NCBI GenBank assembly: GCA_900617105.1
Contig: UYFQ01000729.1
Coordinates: forward strand, 1 to 53,517
DNA length: 53,517 nucleotides
Direction of reading: 5' to 3'
From: Hydrurus foetidus
Taxonomy: Eukaryota
Shown here: one piece after another, positions 45,335 to 53,517 of the stretch
Numbering within the stretch: position 1 is the stretch's first letter
Layout of the letters: the number at the start of each line of letters is the position of its first letter
Position numbers and translations under genes: made by a program
Notes under the pieces: generated by a model
What the model was told of the DNA's origin: nothing
Seen by the model: only the letters and a program-made list of their open reading frames with translations
The model's database searches: none

Positions 45335-48300
45335 CCCCTCGTGCTATGGTGGTACCCCATTCGGGGTCGCACCCCTAATTCGCTATGCTACCGTCGGTCC
45401 ATCCCGTCAGCCCGTCTCTCTCTCTCTTGAACTGGCTTCCTTGGAGCGGCTTCGTCAGCACGTTTGCATACATGTCCGCGCTCGGAAGGTACTCCACTCT
45501 CATCTCCCCCGTGTCCACTCGTTCTTTGACCCAGAAGTACCGGATGTGGATGTGACGTGTCCGCTCTGCGCCCGACCTCCCTCGCTCCACCAGCGCCATG
45601 CACGACTAGTTGTTTTGGTATACGGTGACAGGTCCCATGGTGTACCCCTGTGCTGTCAGGAACCTCCTGATGTGAATCCCCTGGTTGACTGAGTCGCATA
45701 GTCCGACGAGCTCGACCTCCGTGCTCGACTTTGTGACGATCAGTTGCTTGGACGATCTGCAATGGACTGCACCCACATCGCCGATGACGATGCAGCTTCC
45801 CGTGTGTGACCTCCCATCGCTGTGCACCCCGTATGATGCGTCCACGAATAGCCTCACTGACAGTCCGCTTACACCTGGCCGCATCAGTACGCCGCTGTCC
45901 CGCGTGTTGTTAATGTAGCGCACCAGCCTCTGCAGCTTCTCCACATCGTCTACCGTGCATTTGTTCACACGTGTGGCCAGGTAGGCCACCGCTGTGAGGC
46001 ACTCCGGCTTGGTTCTCTTCGCTATGTATAGTATCATCGCTACTACCTTATGGAACCAGACTCTGGTTGGCTCGGCTACCAAGGCTGCATCCTCTCGCGT
46101 CTCGAACAGTCCATCTGTTGCAGGTGATTTGGCCGTCCCCTGCACCCCCGATGTCTTGACTATCTCGTCCGAGTACCCCTTCATGGTGATCATAGCCTGT
46201 CCATGCACATGCATATCTATAGACATGCCTAAGTAGTTGATTGCAGGTCCATGTGCAAGTGTAATAATATCATACCTTTTTCGCAAACCCTCAATCAGGT
46301 GCAACATGGACTCCTTGCTCTTGCTCATGATGAGCAAGTCGTCTTCATGAACTGCAGCTGTGCACTGATGACCGTCTGATCCGACTCGGTTGAACACGCA
46401 TTTGTCGTACGCATTGCTAGCATACCCGAGAGTGGCCATGGTTGCTCGCAGATTCTCGTACCATAGCCCCGAACTCTCCACGCACCCGTAGAGTGCCTTT
46501 TTCAGATGGACAATGAGTCCTCCTTCTGAGTCGACGTACTTCCGATATTTATCGTCGATCTCCATCACGAAGGCAGACATGGTGCGGTCCAGGCGCATGT
46601 GCACTGATACTCCTAACGTCATGTCTGCGTTTAGGAACGCTCCGCTGATGTCGATTACTGCAACGTGTCTCTTCTCGTGTGCTGCGACAGCCAGCATTGT
46701 GAATACTGCACTGGTTGATACGGTTGGTGACGAAAGATCGTCGTACAGCTCCTTGTTCTGCTGGTCTCCCCCAGCTACTAGCCTCGCCTTCAGTTTCTGG
46801 AAACTCCCATCTGGGTTGTTCTTCCTCTTTATGAACATGGATGAGCGAATGATTGCTGATCGCTATGACGCTGTGAGCTTTGATCCTAGGACTGGCACCC
46901 ACACCTTTTTATCTAGCAATTGTTTTAATTCTTGGACGATAATTCTCTTCGCCGCATCACCCCTATTCCTCAGCGCTTCTCTCACGCTGATGTTGCTCGT
47001 ATCGCTCTTCCCCATTTCGATTCGATGTCTCTTCAGCACTTCCTCAATGCTGTGTAATACCGATATTCCTCCCGTGACAGTCGTTCGGACGGACAAATTC
47101 ATCGCGACGAATGCGCCTTCTCCGGTGCGAAAGAACTCGATGACTCTCTTCTCTGGTGGAGTCAGCTGCTGCACTAATTCTGCATTATTTGCTGCTGATG
47201 TGCTGAGATCCCTCTCCGTTGGTCGTACTGCTGCGTCCGTCACCGGGAGTTCCGGTACGGGTGACAGTACGGGTGTAAGTACGTCGGCAGAAGAGAGGGT
47301 AGAGGGAGGTGGAGGTGGTTCGGTTCCAGTGTGTGTCCCAGTTAGCTCCTCGTCCAAAATTCTATGCTCGTCCCCCACTTCGGATTGTGGAATCTTGAGA
47401 ATGTCTGCTGCGGATAAGTCGGCTACTGTTGGTTAGGGTTGGTCAACTCGCGGTCCTACTGCTGCTGTCTCGACAGTGTCCTGAGTGGGGGGATTGGTAA
47501 TAAAACGAGGCATATTAGACTTGTCGAGACTGTTAGCAAACAGCAGTTCATCAAATACATGCACGCTTGATTTGATTATTTTCTACCCTTCTTTTAATGC
47601 CATTGCGTTCAGTGTGTTCACGACTGATTGTGGCATTGGGAGGATCTTGAATTGATCCCTAGTGACGATCTTCCCGCTTGAGAGTGAAAGCATCTTGAAC
47701 GATCCGGTCCTATTGTGAGTGGGAAGCATAACAATACAGTCTTCAGTACGTGATGCCATTGTGTTATCAGTCTTTGATACTGTACACACTGCATAGTCCC
47801 CGAACGCCGCCCGTAAGTCCAAATGCCCGTCAACCCTCCGTCCGGAGTACAATTCTTGCGGTGAGAGTCCCCCCGGCCTAGACCCTGACTGTTGACAATT
47901 GATACGAGATACACAGTATAGAACTAGATAGGTATTACCCAGGTCGGTTAGAGTGAACGGAAGCCTTCCGCAAATGTGCGCTCGAGCCCGTTCCTTCACC
48001 ATTTGAATGCGCCGCTCGATTCTGGCGACGTGGCCGCCCACTGCACTGACATCCAGCTCGATTCCCAGAGCCCTCAACTCGAAGCGAATTTTGCCTATGG
48101 CACCTTCCCCGTCGCTCATGATGACTTGCACTGCAAAGTTCCTAGATTTGAGCACACATAACATCTCATCTAGCGCCGCCTTTACCACGGACGCAGCTCT
48201 AGAGGGTTTGCCAAAATCGAGTCGCATTAGGCTGCAGGCAAGGGTGAGATCCAGAGGGGTAGATACGGCAATAAGTATGGCTGTGGTGTCTATGAAGACA

Positions 48301-49434
48301 ATGTCCACAGCCAAAACTTGCTCCACCTGCACCAGCGCAGGTGTTAGCGAGATATCAGCGACTGGCGAAGATTTCTTGTGAGTTCGCCCCCTCATGCTCG
48401 CCAAGCATTTGCCCCATATGGAATGAGCTATCCTGAAATCGTTCTCCGACACATCGAAGTTGTTCCCCCCGCGGATCATGGCGATCGCCATCTCAACTGG
48501 CGGGTATCCCATGCGTGCTAGCAACTCTCTCGCCCGCCCGGCCGATGCAATTTCCCTCTTAGTGTATCGTGCCATGTTGTCGCTCACTGTCGTCACGAGA
48601 GCTCTCTGGATAGGATGATTGCTCGGCGTCGCTCGCACCATCGAGCGAACGTCGCATACGTAGAAACGGCCAGTAGATCCAGGCACGGGTTGTCTACAGA
48701 AACTGTAGATGTTGAGGCTCCCAGCCGGCTGAAGGGTAAATCTGCCCGCAGCATGATCGTACCGAATGTCGGCTCCGCGGTCAACCATCGCGGCAAATGA
48801 CAGGATGTTTGCCGTCGCACCCTGGCTGAAGTAGACTGGTCCTACCTCGCCAAAGTCTCCTTCCATGTCGACTCGAACAGCATCTGCCTCGAGCTGTACG
48901 CCGTTCAGTAGAATCCCTCGTTTGGACTTCCTGATATCGGTAAGTAAATTCGGATTGCAAAACACGTTAACCGACGCCTGGTTGTCTAGCAGGACGTGAC
49001 TTTTGGAGAACAGCACGACTTCGGTCGTCGTGACGAATGCCGTCTCGTCTGCCGTCTCGTCGGCGTCGAGATCTTCCTCTACATCGACGTAGAGCGCTTG
49101 TTCGCCGACTTTGTGCTCTTCGCAATCTCTCGCGTAGTGGCCTGCCCCCCCCGCATACGAAACAAGTCACTGACGACGATGGTTTCTTTTTCGGTGTTGT
49201 GGTCTTGCCCTTGACCTTCTTTCCCGCGACTTTTTCCTTTGCCGGCATTGCCAGATCTGTCAAAAATGCGGAATGTTGCTCGCCGCCAAGGGGGACCACC
49301 CCGCTCGAGTTCGTCAAAGACGACGCTGCCCTGTATGCTCCGGCTAAGGTATGAGGGTAGCTATTCGGGAGGTTTTGTACAGCATTGTTACGCATAACAG
49401 TAAGCATACCGGTATACCTTTTAGGGTCCAATTT
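45335..49434 (-). mobile_element. Decayed Copia internal region (gag-PR-IN-RT-RH), similar to the 20370-26404 element; no LTRs in the window
   Basis: CFVCG..GHYARDC knuckle broken at a G-run; VLLDNQAS, VDIVF, SDGE, IERRI, KARLVAGG, LKKALYG, mutated HEDD, FVDAS and NVLTKPL; TAG stops at 46863 and 45606 interrupt the frame. Confidence 0.93.
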
Positions 49435-49951
49435 TGTCAGCTTATATCAGCGATAAGTGCTATTTATAGCTGTATATAGCCGTTATAATCATCAATATGT
49501 AGCTAGGAATATCTCATACGTAAGTACATATATGCAGTTCGTAACTACATACAATGATCACTTTAAGTCGCTTCCTCAATGCTTATCGTATCATGTATAG
49601 TGTCATTGTTGTGGGTTCATGACCGCATATTTAGTATAGATTCCAGATTTTATGGTATGAGGGTACGAGAACTTTTCCATGTGTGATGTGTGGTTTGAAG
49701 TATATCTCGTCGCTCGTCAACGTAGGCTTAAATCTACGAGTTCAAATTCAAATCTGAAATGGATGACGAATGAGATCTTATTGACTTGCGGCAGGTAGAA
49801 TGATGTTCATCATGCAACGTCTTTTCAATTCGCATGTGTTTAGTTTCTAATTCTTAACGAATATTCGATACTCAACTCCCAAACTTCTTCGCCTGGTCGC
49901 TTGTGCTCTTGGCCTCCTGCGACCTCATTGATCGTCCCTGATCAACTGACA
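49435..49951 (+). repeat. 5' LTR (517 bp) of a further LTR retrotransposon inserted in the gag of the preceding Copia
   Basis: TGTCAG...CTGACA terminal inverted hexamer, immediately followed by a PBS; the minus-strand gag ORF begins right at this boundary. Confidence 0.8.
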
Positions 49952-49963
49952 TGGTAGCGATTG
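49952..49963 (+). promoter_or_regulatory. tRNA primer-binding site TGGTAGCGATTG
   Basis: TGG start adjacent to the LTR CA; identical 12-mer at 45176. Confidence 0.85.
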
Positions 49964-52286
49964 AAGCCTGAAGACTTCAAAGATAAGTTACCCGATTCCC
50001 CGTCCACAATGATGCGAACAAGATCTGGCGCCGGTGGCGATTCACCCGATGCCGAAGATGACTTCAGCGAGGAAATCACCGACGACGGCCCTCCTCCGCC
50101 GCATAATGATATGTCCGACATGGATCCTGCTTTGGAAGAGCAGGTGCTTGAGACCAACGTTGACATAGTTGATAGCTCTGCCTTCCAGGCAGCTGTAGAT
50201 AGGGAAGTTGCCCGAGTTCTTAGGCAGAGAGAGAATGATGCGAAGGTTGATGCCCCTTATGGGACAGTCGACATTGCTCTACGGGCGGATCTGCCGTTGC
50301 GCGATCAGCCCCACTCTCGAACCCTATTACCTCGGGCGAATCCACCCATTGTGAGAATGTCCAGCGCGTATGTGTCCGAGAATGTTGAACAAAGTAGCAT
50401 AAGAAAAATCAATCCAATGAATAATGAGGGGGGAAACTCTGGCAAAATTTTTCCAACCCTATGAATATTGATCGATTCAGCTACTCCAACAACAATATTT
50501 CTCAACAACGACGCGATTCTGATGCGTGGAACCAAAATTATAGTCGGCGCGAAAGTCCGAGTTGGAATAATAACAATAGTTCTCAACAACAACGCAGTCC
50601 GAATAATAACAACACATCTAATAGATCCCAGCAAGAACGTGCGGAAAATATTAGACAGTCCTCTTCTCCTCCCAATATTCATGAGTATGAATCTGAGGAA
50701 AGCTACAATAGAAGAACGCCAAAACTTCGGCATAGATTAGTCCCTCAGACTACATATATCAAAGTTGCGCAAGTCTTCATAAGTGAATGTGAAAAGAATA
50801 AGATAGATATGCATACCCCGACAAATTTCGTCGATTACGGGGATTACATGCTACATTAGCCAATGCTGATTTACTTACTCTCTTGACCGGACATCGTCCG
50901 CAACCTGTCATAGATCTTGAAGTAAATAAGTACGGTTACTCAGAAAGCCGTGTAATTAACATACCTGTTCTTTCTCAAACTGATGAGGATTCTTCATCTG
51001 TCTTCTCTACGAATAACACAACTCATTTCGAGGACGTTATGTTGAAAGAAGACGATGCCTTTAAGTTTAAATATGATAATGAGAGATTGTATTCATTGGT
51101 ATTCGCCATGTTTCATCAAAATCTTCACCATCATGTTACAATCCAAAGCGAATCCACCCGCAATGGGATTAATGCATATCATGATATTCATCAATTTGTG
51201 TTCGGTCAGAAGCAAATCGATATTAAGTTCGCCAAACGCGCTCTTGAAAATCATAAAGTAAATATACATTCCCCCATGCGGACAGAATATTCTCGATGGG
51301 AAACTGCGTTCTCTAACCTCGAGCATGCCCAAATGCGGCGCCTAACCGAAGTTGAAAAAATATCTTGGCTATCAGATCAATTCAAAGATGATCCCAGATC
51401 CCAAATACAATCCTGCTTCGTTTCAAGTGCGTCCAGTAATGAATCTTATAGTCTGATTATAGAGAAACTTCTCCGTACATACGATCTCATATCCGAAAAT
51501 ACAACATCTCGTGTTGCAAGTTTCGATACCTCAAATATGACTTCCAGTAGTACCGAACCTCATATCCTATATCAAAATACTCTTTCAAATTCTGGTGCTC
51601 CTCCTCCAAATCCTCCTCTTCAAAACAAGTATAAACCTAATAACAATTATGACCCCAATAAGTCAGCCAGTCAAAAGAATGCCAAGACTCAACCACCAAA
51701 AGTTGACAGTCGAAATAGTGACAAAAAGAGATTAGCTGCCGGAGGCTTTTGTTTTAAGTTCAATATGGATGTGTGCCCTAAGTCGGCTCAAGAATGTCAA
51801 TATAAGCATGAAATTATGCCGAAAGACTTTCGACCTCCTACACCTCCTCGTCGTGATAATTATCCGGTATCCTCGGCCAAAACCCAACCGGCTAATCCCG
51901 TATATCCTAACCCAAGTTTCAAGTTAACTCAAATTCAACTTGATTCTGTGGGACCTATGTCTGGCAATGCTCATGGCAGATATGCTGGCGGATATTCTCA
52001 AAATCAAATTAAGAAATTAAAGACCTTGGAAGAGGTACTAAACCAAGCCACTACACCCACTGAGCATCGTGTTCAAGCGTTCTCCAGTTGGGGCAATCCA
52101 TCTCAGCCTGCATATACAACGCATGGTGAGAAAGCTAATACACTAATGAGAATTCGAATCGACCCGAATAATCAGCGTATATTAAAGACGCAACGGTTAG
52201 ATAATTCTTGTCATAATAAAGATTATTCAAATAAGATTACAGATAATGATTTAAAAACAATCAGAGATGTTTACTTCAAAATGTAA
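49961..52286 (+). pseudogene. Long gag-like ORF (broken near 50461 and 50859) with a CCCH zinc finger
   Basis: Follows the PBS; Copia-gag-like helical block GINAYHDIHQFVFG...KRALEN...EVEKISWL; CFKFNMDVCPKSAQECQYKH. Decayed coding-like sequence continues to the window end. Confidence 0.65.
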
Positions 52287-53517
52287 ATAATGAATACTCC
52301 GCATGCACCATCCCTCTTCGCGCTATTATTGCGTCGATACTTCTAGCCGAACAATATTACGTCTTTCACAGACATGTTCCGCACTATAATAGAACTGATC
52401 CTTCGGTATCTATTACACCATTCCATTTCTTGTGGAAACGCACACGTACTATCAAAGATAATCAGGAAAGAGATAATCAATATACTGACATCTTTCAATG
52501 GCATTCGAATCCTATGGCGCGTAAACGTAAGGACATTCGTGATCGTACAGTCCCATGGATGCATCTGATGTATTGTATTGCATCTACATTAATGCAATCA
52601 ATAGTCATCCTTCCTTCTGCTGAAAAAGTGGCCTCATCACGGCACTTTATGACATTCAACCCTTATGCTGCCAGCAGAGAGTACTATCTCACTTCACTTC
52701 GCATCGGACATTTCTGGTCCCAGATGACTACTGTGAGTGAATATGTTGAAATCATTCGACGACTCGAGCAGAGTGCTCATCACAATACTGTTAATCATAA
52801 CATGTTGTTCGTTGACACAGTAATACATGCTGTTATACTTGACTTCATGGCATTTGCCGGTCAACATTTGGGTTACTATCATGATCAGTCTACACCACGT
52901 AAGGAAGATTTCCTTCGTCGTTTTCTCTTAAATGATATCGAAGCACAAACAGAACCTTCATTCTGTTATAATGGAATCAAAGCAACTTTTCTTCTCATTG
53001 CCCGATTAATTAAACCCATCAAAGATCCCATCAAACGAGCTCTCTCTTCCGCATTAACAAAGAAAGTTGATGAATGTCTATCCGTTCAAGAACGACCTAT
53101 CGATGGTACTAGCTTTCGTCCTAGAAATGAACCTCTAATTAGAGTCATTTACTCGCGCGCAGATTCTCCCAGTTTAGCAAACGAACCATCAGATCAAATG
53201 CGTCACGGGTCCAACTCAAGTCCACGTGGTTTACAACACTACGATGATGATGATAATCTTAGGCACGATGATACAAGTAGTGGTAGTGACAGCGGCCCTG
53301 AAAGTGAGCCTAGTCCTGTTCTCTCCCCTTCACAACGTGTATACATCCCTAGCCCCATTCCCCCACCATCTCGTCCAGTATACCGACCTGATCCAGTATA
53401 TGAGTCTCCTGCTCTTATTGGCGAACGTCGTATCATCGACTATGATGCATATTGTCAAACGTTAACACGACTTCGGAGTGATAACGACCTCAACGATTAC
53501 TTCCACAGTGACGTTGA

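Overview
This is eukaryotic, intron-containing, transposon-dense DNA, probably from a protist; a stramenopile origin is my inference. From left to right it holds: (1) the decayed 3' end of a Gypsy chromovirus (integrase, chromodomain, PPT, LTR) inserted into a pogo/CENP-B-like gene; (2) two near-identical arrays of a 1315-bp unit carrying the N-terminal half of a hAT transposase (3.4-8.9 kb and 15.1-20.3 kb), separated by a Ngaro/PAT-type tyrosine-recombinase retrotransposon with split direct repeats; (3) a young Copia element with apparently identical 279-bp LTRs and an AGGAG TSD, whose primer-binding site is complementary to its own LTR (Tf1-like self-priming geometry); (4) one intact host gene, an 8-exon soluble adenylate cyclase (ADCY10-like) with two cyclase domains, a P-loop NTPase and a TPR-like region; (5) an AT-rich, intronless, decayed Polinton-like-virus/virophage-like virion gene cluster (37.4-43.9 kb) bounded by a 144-nt hairpin; (6) a nest of decayed Copia-type elements. 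The most notable observations are the self-priming Copia, the hAT array that becomes one in-frame ~1619-aa ORF after splicing, two unrelated retroelements at the same site in a duplicated segment, and the endogenous viral cluster. All family calls are from motif recognition by eye; no searches were run.
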